From the NCBI GenBank assembly GCA_963815455.1, contig CAWFGO010000001.1, forward strand, positions 1,671,602 through 1,735,601: a stretch of 64,000 bases of DNA, written 5' to 3'. The stretch is from an uncultured Verrucomicrobiae bacterium (GTDB taxonomy: Bacteria; Verrucomicrobiota; Verrucomicrobiia; Chthoniobacterales; UBA10450). Positions 10,576-19,813 of the stretch are shown in pieces (positions within the stretch are counted from its first letter, which is position 1; every line of letters begins with the position of its first letter). Under the pieces are notes generated by a model. The model did not search any database. It saw only the letters and a list, made by a program, of their open reading frames with translations, and had not been told where the DNA came from. Both the position numbers and the translations under genes were made by a program.

Positions 10576-11464
10576 ATGTCCAGAACGATGAACTCAGGCA
10601 AAGGAGTGCCTCTCGGAAAGCCGTGCCATCGCGCGCTGTGTGCGCTGGCTGCGGGCGTTCTTTTGGGTGTCGTATCCTGTGGCCGCCCGCACAGCGCCGA
10701 GATTCCGAAATCGAGCGACGGTGTCGACCACTACAACCGCGCCATGGAGGCCATCGGCGCGGAACAATGGGAGGATGCCGTGCAGGAATTGCGGCAGGCA
10801 GTCCGTCTCGATCCGAAAGATGCCGCCGCCCATTTCCAACTCGGCTATGCCTACCGGGAATTGAAGCGCTACCCGGAAGCAGCGGAGGAATTTCAGCAGG
10901 CCATTCGCCTTGAGCCGGGTGACGGGCAGGCTTCTTTCCAACTCGGCCTTGTAAAATTGAACAGGGCGATCTCGCGCAGGCCAAAGCTGCGTTAAAGCAG
11001 GCCACCAGCCTGTTGCCGTATGATGCCGAGATCCAGGCTGCACTGGGCTATGCTGCGCTTAACCTGAAGCAGTACGACGAGGCCATTTCTGCCTACAAGG
11101 CGGTTGTGAAACTTCAGCCCATTAGTGCGCAGGCGCATTTTCTCCTCGGCTGGGCCGACAACGTCGCCGGCAAGTTTTCAGATGCTGTTGAGCCGCTCAA
11201 GCAAGCCATTCGCTTCCAACCGGATAATGCCCCCGCGCATAGCGAACTCGGATATGCCTATCGCAACATGAAGAAGTATGCCGAGGCCCTCACCGCTTAT
11301 CAGGAGGCGATTCGTATCGATCGAAATACGCGCCAGCTCACCACGGCGTCGGCGCAACCCAGCTTGCCCTCGGCAACAAGCCGGCGGCGCAGGAGGAGCT
11401 TAAACTCCTAACAACGCTGGATGCGGATTGGGCAAAGAAGCTGGCCGACGCCATCGCCCGATGA
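10576..11464 (+). CDS. Tetratricopeptide-repeat protein, possible lipoprotein (frameshifts near 10965 and 11330)
   Basis: Successive TPRs (AHFQLGYAY, AHFLLGWAD, AHSELGYAY); VVSC lipobox-like motif; LDADWAKKL tail. Confidence 0.85.
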
Positions 11465-11523
11465 ACGCAATAACGGGCCGTGGACTGTTGTCGTGCCTGT
11501 TGAAGGAAACTCTCATTAGCTTT

Positions 11524-12469
11524 CTAGCCATTGGCGCCGGTGCCCATTGCTCCAGTAGCGTGGGCGTTATTCTGTATGTCTTTGAGGTAGAGCCTCTTTG
11601 GCGGTAGTGGCGCAGGCCGGTCGCACGAAACCTGGCTGGACGGAACCCAACCGGGGCTTCCACCTGGCGGACGAAAGTAATACCAACGCATACCGTTCTT
11701 CTCCTGCGTATTCGTGAAAACAACCCTGTCACCAGGGCACCCCGCCTACCTGGTGAATTCGTCGAAGGATCCGTATGAAGGGTGGCGGCATTAGCGCTCA
11801 CATAAATGAAACCCCGATCGCCGTCGCGCACGTTTTTGCAGCAGTCGCGACACCACACATGCAGTTGCCAATCGACGTTGAATCCTCCAGGAATCGTTTC
11901 GTGTCCCGAGTTTGAAAACCCTCCAGGGATCGTTTCGTGTCCCGAATTTGCAGCGAGTTCCCGGTAGGGAACATGAAACTGGGTGCCCAGGGCCATGGCA
12001 AGTCCGGCGAACGGGTTCATGCCCGGGGTCGACGACGACCGGACACCTTGCATTCGGCAGCCGGGCCCCCGATGCGGCTGAACTGAATCGTGGCTGTGGT
12101 TAGCGGGCGGATCATGAGCCAAATCTGATCTTTTTCCCGTCGGCCATCCACGGCAATATCGAAGGTGTCCGGGGTCACCGTGTGCATGAAGATGCAGCCG
12201 TCACTTTCAACAAAGGCACGGGGACGGCTAGTGATTTGGGCATTGCCCTTGCCGCTGATCTGTCCGGCATCGTTTATCGTGAACTCCAGTTCACAGTCCG
12301 CGAAATCCTTGTAAACATTGCCTTCGCCGAAAAGGTGCAGCGTTCCCGACCAATGGGTATCGGCCAACGCCGGCGAACGCCCGAACGCAAAGATCGCAAG
12401 CGCGAACGCGATCAGGCTTCGATTGAAGGCGCTCGATGCGTAGCGGGTGAAGAAGCTGGCGGACGCCAT
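11524..12469 (-). CDS. Secreted Cys-containing protein with C-terminal SH3b-like domain, paralog 1 (frameshifted)
   Basis: Signal peptide ending PALA; C-terminal ATLHTDPSTNSP...RVVFTNT..NGMRWYY..PGWVPSSQV resembles a bacterial SH3 domain; near-identical to 12540-13463. Confidence 0.6.
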
Positions 12470-12539
12470 GGGTAAATCACTGCAGCCTATCGGCCTGTTG
12501 AACTTTTATCTCGCCTGCTGAAAAGATTTGCGTTACCTA

Positions 12540-13463
12540 TTAGCCGTTGGCCGCGGAAGTCATTGTCGTGGTGAGCTCTACCGCAGCCTTTAATATCTGG
12601 AAGATGTAGGGTTTTCCCAGCCGGTTTTGGAGGGGGCTGGTGGCAAGAGACTTGATCGGAGGGAACCCAACCAGGGGTTCCACCCGGCGCAATAACGTAA
12701 TGCCCAACGCGTACCGTTCTTCTGCAGCGTATTCGTGAAAACAACCCTGGCGCCCCGCGGCTCGCCACCAAGACTCGGCGAATCCGCGGACGGGTCCTGG
12801 TGACGTCTCGCGCCGTCAGCGCTCACCCACATGCTCCCCCGATCGCCGTCGCGCACGCTCACGCTTTTGCAGCAGTCGAGGCAATACACAACCAGGTTCC
12901 AAACCACGATAAACCCTCCAGTGAGCGTTTCGTGCCCCGAATTTAAACAACCTTCTACGCCTGTGTAGCTAACGTTCCGCGGCAACGAGCCGGTAGGGAG
13001 CATGAAACTTGGTGCCCAGGGCCATGGCAAGTCCGGCGAACGGGTTCATGCCCGGGGTCGACGACTGACCGGACACCTTGCATTCGGCAGCCGGGCCCCC
13101 GATGCGGCTGAACTGAATCGTGGCCGTGGCCCGCGTGCTGATTTTTATCCAAATCTCGCCTTTCTCTCGCCGGCCCTCGACTGCAATATCGAAGGTGTCC
13201 GGGGTCACCGTGTGCATAAAGATGCAGCCGTCGCTTTCAACAAAGGCACGGGAACGCGGTGAGATATATGCTTTGCCCGTGCCCCTGATCCGTCCCGCAT
13301 CGTCAATCGTGAACCACAGGGCGCTGTCCGAAAAGTCCGCGTAAACGTTTCCTTCGCCGAAAAGCTGTAGGCTTCCCGACCAATGGGTATCGGCCAACGC
13401 CGGCGAACATCCGAGCCTACAGGCAATGGCTACCCAACAGATGAAAGCGAGATGGCGTTTCAT
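12540..13463 (-). CDS. Secreted Cys-containing protein with C-terminal SH3b-like domain, paralog 2 (frameshifted)
   Basis: Shares SPALADTHWSG, AFVESDGCIFMHTVTPDTFDIAV, FSRIGGPAAECKVSG, GMNPFAGLAMALGT, DCCK and PGWVPS with paralog 1. Confidence 0.6.
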
Positions 13464-13577
13464 TATTCCGGGCATGTGTGCCCCCTCCTGCGGATTGAGA
13501 CGCTCACGGACCACATGCAGTTCCAATCCCTAAAATCCACACTGGCCTTAATAACCGGCGCGTGTCTCATGATCATG

Positions 13578-15497
13578 TCAGTTCGGCGGGGGCGTGCCTT
13601 CCGCGCCGTCTGCTTTCTTTTCAACCGGAGCGTCCTTCGCTCCTGCTGACTCGTTCTTCGCCGCAGCAACGTCGCCCGCTGTCACCTGCACAGATAATCG
13701 CCCGGTGCCCGGCTTGAATACTTTGTCGTGAACTTCGCCGCCGGAATTTACCACGCCGACGCTCACGTAAGCGTTTCCGCTCAGCGTCGCCGGCCAGCTC
13801 ACCGCGAGAATTTGCGCGTCGGGCGGATTGTTTTTGATGACGAGCTTCTTCTGCGCGACCTGCACCTGGTCGTCGTCATACAGCGTCAGGGTGAACGTCG
13901 CCTTGATTCCACCGTTGTTGATGGTCGCGTCGTAAAACGGCTTCTGCAACGCGGCCGCGACCTCCACCGGATCACTTTTTTTGACCGCGAACTTGTAGAA
14001 CGCCACCTCGTCGAGTTTCAAATCGCTTGTCGCCAAAGCCGGTGCTTTCAGCTCGGTCGCGCTATTGAAACCGGCACCGCCGGCAGTTTCCGTGCGCGCC
14101 ATTGAAGAGCCCTGCGCTCCCGCGCCCGCCGCCTCGCCCTCGATCTTGATCTTCAGCGTATAAGGCGAGGGCGCCGGATTCTTCGGTTTGTAAACTTCAT
14201 TGGGCCGTCCGTCCTTGTTCTGATTGTAGGACGCGGCGATGGAAAGGTAGGCCAGTCCGTCGGACTCCGCAGTCCATGTGGCCCTCAGGGTCACCGGGTC
14301 GGTTGGATTGCCTTCAGCAATGGAAGTCTCCCGCGCCACCTGCGAGAGGTCCTTGTTGTAAATCGTGACCACGAAGGCCTCGTTGACGACTTTGTTGTCA
14401 CCTTCGTATGGCGTTTTCTGAATGATCCCGATGGCGCGCAATTCCTGGCCTTTGTGCAACATGACCTGGTAATACTTCGCTTCCTTCATCGCCAGCTCGC
14501 CCTTGTAATCACCGGGCGGCGTGAGCGGCGCGTCGCCGAAAAACACTCCCGGCTTCACCGCTGCGCCGCCCGCTTCATATTCCCTGGTCTCGCGCGGTGT
14601 CGGGGTTGGCGTGGGGGTTGGGGTCGGGGTAGCGGTTGGAGTTGGCGTCGGTGTGGCAGCGACTTTTTCGGCGACCACTTTGTTCAGCGCGGTCGCCAGC
14701 TCATCAGCGTTCTCGACAGTCAGGAGTTTGCCGTGCCCTTTGGAGGCGATGTCTGCCAGTTCCGCCTTTTCCTTCGGCTCAATCCCGAAGCCGATGACAT
14801 TAATCCCGAACTTTACGCCAAACTCCGCCGCCAGTTTCGCCGCCACGCCCGCCGGATCGCCGTGGCAACTCTCCGCCCCATCGGTCACGAGCACGATGGC
14901 GCTGCCGCCTTTCGCTTTTTTCAGTTCTTCGCCCGCCTTGATCAAAGACGAGGCAATCGGCGTCATGCCGCTGGCGTTGAAGCCAATAATCCTGGTTCTT
15001 AACGCCGCTTTGTTGATCGGCCCGAGTGGTTGGACGATGTCGATGTCTTCGCATCCGCGTTTCTTGGATGTGCCGTAAACCACCAGCGCGACGTTTAGGT
15101 CGTTCGGCAATTTATCGATCAAATCGCTGACGCATTTCTTGGCTGACGCCACCTTGGTCGCCCCGTCTTTCATTTTCGCGTTCATGCTTCCGGAGTAATC
15201 GACAATCAGTGCGAGATCGCTGATTTCCGAGCTCTCCGATCCCGTCGCGGCGGCAGCCGAACCGGACGATTGCATAGCCGCAATCAGCGCATCCGACGCC
15301 CCGGCTTTCTTTAGCCGCGCGATATCTTCGGTGCCCAGGACAAACGCAGTGCCAGAGCTTCTGACTTTCTCGACGATGGTTTGCTCGGGAATCTTCAGTT
15401 CGAGCAATTTGACGACATCTTGCTGGGTCAAGACCTGCGCGACGGCACTCGTTAGGGCAAGACAACAAACCAGGAGCGGGAGGAGGTAATGTTTCAT
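13578..15497 (-). CDS. Secreted von Willebrand factor A domain protein with Pro/Thr linker and two repeated C-terminal beta domains
   Basis: Signal peptide, MIDAS DYSGSM, GMTPI, LVTDGAESC, (TP)n linker, internal repeat QKTPY..TIYNKD..W..GLAYLSI / QKPFY..TLYDDD..W..GNAYVSV. Confidence 0.85.
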   Translation of the reverse strand: MKHYLLPLLVCCLALTSAVAQVLTQQDVVKLLELKIPEQTIVEKVRSSGTAFVLGTEDIARLKKAGASDALIAAMQSSGSAAAATGSESSEISDLALIVDYSGSMNAKMKDGATKVASAKKCVSDLIDKLPNDLNVALVVYGTSKKRGCEDIDIVQPLGPINKAALRTRIIGFNASGMTPIASSLIKAGEELKKAKGGSAIVLVTDGAESCHGDPAGVAAKLAAEFGVKFGINVIGFGIEPKEKAELADIASKGHGKLLTVENADELATALNKVVAEKVAATPTPTPTATPTPTPTPTPTPRETREYEAGGAAVKPGVFFGDAPLTPPGDYKGELAMKEAKYYQVMLHKGQELRAIGIIQKTPYEGDNKVVNEAFVVTIYNKDLSQVARETSIAEGNPTDPVTLRATWTAESDGLAYLSIAASYNQNKDGRPNEVYKPKNPAPSPYTLKIKIEGEAAGAGAQGSSMARTETAGGAGFNSATELKAPALATSDLKLDEVAFYKFAVKKSDPVEVAAALQKPFYDATINNGGIKATFTLTLYDDDQVQVAQKKLVIKNNPPDAQILAVSWPATLSGNAYVSVGVVNSGGEVHDKVFKPGTGRLSVQVTAGDVAAAKNESAGAKDAPVEKKADGAEGTPPPN

Positions 15498-15742
15498 AAG
15501 TGGAGAAGTTGCGCGCCGGAAAAGGCGCGAAGCATGAACAGAAGAGCGTGATTGCCGCGGCCGTGCGGCTCTCTCATTAAGAGCGATCTTAGAGATTACG
15601 GTTCGCCGGCGTCAAGCCCACATTTGGAAGCCTAACGCGAGCAAGGTTGGACTGGGGGAACCAAGTCTATTTTCACGATCTTCAGCTTCCTCATTGCTGT
15701 TGTTGAGCCGGAATTGCGAGACGAATTCGCGCTATGCAAACC

Positions 15743-15766
15743 GCGGAGCCTACGGGGCTCGAACCC
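15743..15766 (-). other. tRNA 3'-end fragment (T-arm plus acceptor strand), possible relic att site of a different tRNA (Asp-like)
   Basis: Minus strand reads GGGTTCGAGCCCCGTAGGCTCCGC; no 5' half present. Confidence 0.5.
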
Positions 15767-16449
15767 AGTGTCGATCACGGTGAGGTTGAGAAGTGAGGCT
15801 ACCTACCCCTCCATCCACGATTACCGTAGGAAGGCAGATTTTCATCGGACGAACCGGCCCTTCGAATTTATCGCTCGCTGCCCGCCGTAAAGGTATTGCT
15901 CGCTGCGCTGCGCTCCACCTTGACTGTGCTCGCTCCGCGGATGGGAGGTCGTTATCGGTTTGCGTTGGAGATCATTTTGCTAATCTTCAGCGCTGGCAAT
16001 TCCAGTGGATGCTCGTGAAAATTCCCGTGACAAAACGTGACAAACTTCGTCCGATTTTGTGCCTGTTAGTGGCTGAATCAGTTTTCATGGGCGAGCGGTT
16101 GCGTTTGCGTAAACACCTGATGGCGCAGGTGATAAACTGATATAAGCGGTCACAGAACTTGTGAGTTCGACGGGTTCGAATCCCGTTAGGGTCGCCATTT
16201 ACCTTCATAGGTAAATCAGGCGATTCGCGGCCGATTTCAGATTTGGCGTGACAAACGTGACAGATCTTCAGGATAGGACGCGTGAAAGCGAAAGCTGTTT
16301 TTCGACGGCCTGGCTGACGGCGCGAATGAGCAATTCGTCTTGAATTTCAACGCACAACATCGTGCTAGTCGTTCGGCGTGATTTCCATTTTCAAACCGAG
16401 CTAAGGGCTCGCAATCGACGGTCTATTTTGCTAGATTACGTCTGTAAAA

Positions 16450-16761
16450 GTGGATTCCAGAAGTGTGCAAACGGAAGAAATCAGTTCCCCGCGTTTGGCT
16501 GCCATAGCGCGCCGCGTTTGCTGGTGGGAACCGGCTGCCACGACCCTTGAAAACACGCCGTTGTTTCTCTGCCGGATCATGGCGCTGGGAACGTGGGAGG
16601 ACATCTGCATTGCTCTGGACCACTATGGCATGGATGCTTTTCGCAAAGCATTGCAAAATGCGCCTCCCGGCCTGTTCGACCCCCGTTCGTGGTATTACTG
16701 GCACCACCGCTTGAAGCTTCTGCCTGTTCCATCCTTACAGCACCGCGTCATCCCCGCATGA
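16450..16761 (+). CDS. Small putative antitoxin partner of the AbiEii-like nucleotidyltransferase
   Basis: ARRVCWWE..RIMALGTWED..APPGLFDPRSWYYWH; ATGA overlap with the downstream toxin gene. Confidence 0.7.
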   Translation: MDSRSVQTEEISSPRLAAIARRVCWWEPAATTLENTPLFLCRIMALGTWEDICIALDHYGMDAFRKALQNAPPGLFDPRSWYYWHHRLKLLPVPSLQHRVIPA

Positions 16762-17408
16762 AGCCACGGCTGGATGTTTTGCTTCCCCAGGGGAGGCATC
16801 TGTGGTCTGAGCTTTCCGAATTACCTGAGCATTTCGTTTTGTATGGTGGAACGGCGATTGCCTTGCGCCTTGGTGGAAGACAATCCGTCGATTTCGATTT
16901 TTTCACGAACCAACCCATTTCGGCAGACCTTCTAAGCCGGAGTCTGCCATTTCTCCGCGGAGCCGAACTGATTCAGTCCGAATCGAACACGTCAACGTTC
17001 ACCATCCGGCGTGATGGAGAAATCAAAGTTTCATTTTTCGGCGGACTCACCATCGGCCGTGTTGCCGATCCCGACCGTTGCGAAGATAACGGAGTCTTCA
17101 TCGCGTCGCTTCCCGATCTCGCAGCGCAAAAGGTAAAAGTGGTTCTGGCACGCGCGGAGGCGAAGGATTACGTCGACATTTATGCGTTGTTGAAAGCCGG
17201 CATCACTTTGCCCACGGCTCTGGGAGCGGCCAAAGCGCTGTATCCCGAATTCAACCCGGTGCTGTCCCTGAAAGCCCTCGCATATTACGGCGAGCCGGGC
17301 CTTGCCGCGATGCCGGTGGAGATTCGCGAATTTCTCACAGCAGCAAGCGCAAAAGTAGAATCGGTCGAGACGATTTCTAAAATCGCACCCGGCATCAGTC
17401 CGTCGTGA
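16758..17408 (+). CDS. Nucleotidyltransferase, AbiEii/AbiGii (type IV TA) toxin family
   Basis: LYGGTAIALRLGGRQSVDFDFF, KVSFF, DLAAQK...RAEAKDYVDI. Confidence 0.88.
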   Translation: MKPRLDVLLPQGRHLWSELSELPEHFVLYGGTAIALRLGGRQSVDFDFFTNQPISADLLSRSLPFLRGAELIQSESNTSTFTIRRDGEIKVSFFGGLTIGRVADPDRCEDNGVFIASLPDLAAQKVKVVLARAEAKDYVDIYALLKAGITLPTALGAAKALYPEFNPVLSLKALAYYGEPGLAAMPVEIREFLTAASAKVESVETISKIAPGISPS

Positions 17409-17663
17409 CAAGACGTGACAAATTTTGCCGAAATTCGTGCCTGTTAGTGACCGAATAAATTCTGCACCTGTGGGACGAGATTTTATATAAGTTAATAATA
17501 ATCAGTGATATGGGTAAACAATGATCGGTCACAAAAATTAGTCAGTCGACGGGTTCGAATCCCGTTAGGGTCGCTGTTTTTCGCGGCAACGGGGCGCTCG
17601 GTCCGTATCGTTGACAACGTTGCCCGCTATCGTGGAGAATCCGCGCTATTGCGGAAACGGCTC

Positions 17664-18398
17664 ATGAAAATTCTTCAGGGAGTGCTTTGGCAGTTGGAAA
17701 AACTGCTTGCCGGCTCTTCTCTCGTGCCCGACCAGCCATTCTTCGATCCGGCTGATTTCGCCTGGACCCGTTTTTTGGAGGAGAATTGGCGGACTATCCG
17801 GACCGAATTGGACGAGGTGATGCGACACCGGAAGGATCTTCCCAATTTTCAGGATATTTCCCCCGACCAGAAGGCCCTTTCTCAGGATGAAGGCTGGAAA
17901 ACGTATTTCTTTTGCGCTTACGGCTTTGAGGCAAAAGGAAACTGCCAGCGATGCCCCGAGACCGCGCGCCTTCTCAAACAGATTCCGGGAATGAAAACGG
18001 CTTTTTTTTCCATACTCGCGCCGGGCAAGCATTTGCCGGAACATCGCGGGCCTTACAAGGGAGTGCTGCGGTATCATCTGGGCCTGATTATTCCGCAGCC
18101 GGAGATCGATTGCGGGATTCGGGTGGCCGATGAGACCCGGCATTGGCAGGAAGGCAAGAGCCTCGTGTTCGACGATACCTACCGGCACGAAGCATGGAAC
18201 AAAACGAGCCGCGACCGCGTGGTATTGTTCATGGATTTTGTGCGACCTTTGCGGTTCCCCGCGTCGTTGTTGAATTGGATTTTGCTTAACGCTATTGCCC
18301 TCTCTCCGCTCGTTCTCGGGGCGAAGGGAAATTATCTGGCTTGGGAAAAGCGATTTGAAAAGGTCGTCAACGCGGAAAAAGAGGCGAAAGCCGCTTAA
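17664..18398 (+). CDS. Aspartyl/asparaginyl beta-hydroxylase family (LpxO-like) Fe/2-oxoglutarate lipid hydroxylase
   Basis: WKTYF, CPETA, AFFSILAPGKHLPEHRGPYKGVLRYHLGL, FDDTYRHEAWN, RVVLFMD. Confidence 0.9.
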   Translation: MKILQGVLWQLEKLLAGSSLVPDQPFFDPADFAWTRFLEENWRTIRTELDEVMRHRKDLPNFQDISPDQKALSQDEGWKTYFFCAYGFEAKGNCQRCPETARLLKQIPGMKTAFFSILAPGKHLPEHRGPYKGVLRYHLGLIIPQPEIDCGIRVADETRHWQEGKSLVFDDTYRHEAWNKTSRDRVVLFMDFVRPLRFPASLLNWILLNAIALSPLVLGAKGNYLAWEKRFEKVVNAEKEAKAA

Positions 18399-18471
18399 AT
18401 CCAATCCGGCCACGGGCAATTGTGCCGTTTTGTTTGTTCCGCGGGCCGGGAAAAAAGTCGCGACTAAAGGC

Positions 18472-18500
18472 TTGTCGAGGCTGCCTGGGGCCGCTAAGCT
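18472..18500 (+). promoter_or_regulatory. Putative sigma70 promoter of the spt operon
   Basis: TTGTCG-N17-TAAGCT about 50 bp upstream of ATG 18549; AAGGA RBS. Confidence 0.45.
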
Positions 18501-18548
18501 AGCTGCCCCGATATGGAAACCGGCGACATCAGCGTCCGGCCATAAGGA

Positions 18549-19799
18549 ATGAACGACGATCCCGCAAAGTTAAGCCTGAGCAATTTCCTCGCTGGAGAAA
18601 CCAGCGATCCCCTCCAGGCTCCCCCCAGTTTCACCAAATGGATGCGCGTCGGCGCGTGGGCGGTGAAGCTTTACGAACCAGAGCTGTTGGCCAGCGCCGA
18701 TGCTCGAACAACGCTGAATTACGATGGCAAGCGGCTTCCGGTCATCAATCTTTGCTCTTATAATTACCTCGGCCTGGCCAATCATCCCGAGGTCATTGCC
18801 GCCGCGCAAGAAGCGCTAAAGACCCACGGCATGGGCGCGTGCGGTTCGCCGATGCTTTCCGGAATGACCGATCTTCATCGGCAACTTGAACAGCGCATGG
18901 CGAAATTTCTGAATCGGGAAGACGCCATGCTTTTCAACAGCGGGTTCGGTGGCGCGCTGGGCACCATTTCCGGTCTGCTCCGCAAGACCGATGTCGCTCT
19001 GCTCGATAATCGATCCCATCTTAGCCTGCGCGATGGCGCCACCCTTTCGCGTTGTCGCATGGAAAAGTTCGAGCATAACGATCCCGAATCGCTCGAAGGA
19101 GCGCTGACGCGTCAAACGGGAAAGAGAAAACTTGTCATCATCGAGGGTATTTACTCGATGGACGGCGATTTCGGTAATCTCAAGCCGTTGATAGACGTGG
19201 CCACTGCTTACGGGGCAAAGGTTTTCATTGACGAAGCGCATTCGATCCTGGGATGCGGCGAGCACGGTCGGGGTGCGGCGGAACACTTCGGAGTGGAGGA
19301 CAGTCTGCCACTTGTTTACGGCACGTTTTCGAAGGCATTCGGCGCGGTTGGCGGATTTGTAGCCGGCTCGAAAGAGACGCTGCAATATCTGCGGTTCTAT
19401 TCTCATCCGTATGTTTATTCCTGCGCCTTGCCGCCGGTGGTCGTGGCGGCGATTTTGAAGGCCCTTGAAATCGCGACGACGCAACCTGAGTTACGCAAGA
19501 AACTGTGGGAGAACGCGGATTATTTTCATGCGCAACTGCGCGGTCTTGGCATCGACACCGGCAACTCGACCACCTACATCATGCCGCTGGTGATCGGCGA
19601 TCGTGAGCGAATGTATCGCCTCGGTCACGAACTTCGCCGGCGCGGGCTATGGGTGGCGCCGGTCGATTATCCGGCGGTGCCAAACGACCGCATTTGCTTC
19701 CGCGCCTGTGTAACCGCGAAACATACCCGCGCCGATATCGATGAGGCGCTCAACATCCTGCAGGACACGCTCGTTCCCGCGGTGTTGCAGAACGCCTGA
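18549..19799 (+). CDS. spt: Alpha-oxoamine synthase family PLP enzyme, probable serine palmitoyltransferase
   Basis: SYNYLGLA, GACGS, EGIYSMDGD, DEAHS, GTFSKAFG (PLP lysine); directly upstream of a CerS-like gene, no bio genes nearby. Confidence 0.7.
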   Translation: MNDDPAKLSLSNFLAGETSDPLQAPPSFTKWMRVGAWAVKLYEPELLASADARTTLNYDGKRLPVINLCSYNYLGLANHPEVIAAAQEALKTHGMGACGSPMLSGMTDLHRQLEQRMAKFLNREDAMLFNSGFGGALGTISGLLRKTDVALLDNRSHLSLRDGATLSRCRMEKFEHNDPESLEGALTRQTGKRKLVIIEGIYSMDGDFGNLKPLIDVATAYGAKVFIDEAHSILGCGEHGRGAAEHFGVEDSLPLVYGTFSKAFGAVGGFVAGSKETLQYLRFYSHPYVYSCALPPVVVAAILKALEIATTQPELRKKLWENADYFHAQLRGLGIDTGNSTTYIMPLVIGDRERMYRLGHELRRRGLWVAPVDYPAVPNDRICFRACVTAKHTRADIDEALNILQDTLVPAVLQNA

Positions 19800-19813
19800 G
19801 CCGCTATCCCGAG

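Larger units (their letters stand above)
6845..16196 (+). mobile_element. Integrative island 1 at tRNA-Glu (~9.3 kb)
   Basis: tRNA 3' end ACGGGTTCGAATCCCGTTAGGGTCGCCA repeated at 16170-16197, tyrosine integrase just inside the left end, paired CGTGACA repeats at 6922-6939 and 16026-16042. Confidence 0.9.
16170..17574 (+). mobile_element. Non-autonomous mini-island 2 at tRNA-Glu (~1.4 kb, integrase deleted)
   Basis: Bounded by the second and third tRNA 3'-end copies (16170-16197, 17549-17574); both ends homologous to island 1 ends; CGTGACA pairs at 16247-16262 and 17404-17420. Confidence 0.88.

Noticed and set aside
11524..13463. Diversity-generating retroelement template/variable repeat pair
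   Set aside because: No reverse transcriptase in the window and the differences are not confined to adenines; this is an ordinary tandem duplication.
14598..14660. GGGGTT-type repeat as a DNA-level element
   Set aside because: It encodes the Pro/Thr linker of the vWA protein.
16170..17574. Additional tRNA-Glu genes
   Set aside because: Only the T-arm and 3' acceptor strand are present; these are att duplications.
18549..19799. bioF or kbl assignment
   Set aside because: No biotin or tdh genes nearby, and the adjacent CerS-like and lipid-modifying genes favour Spt; not formally excluded without a phylogeny.
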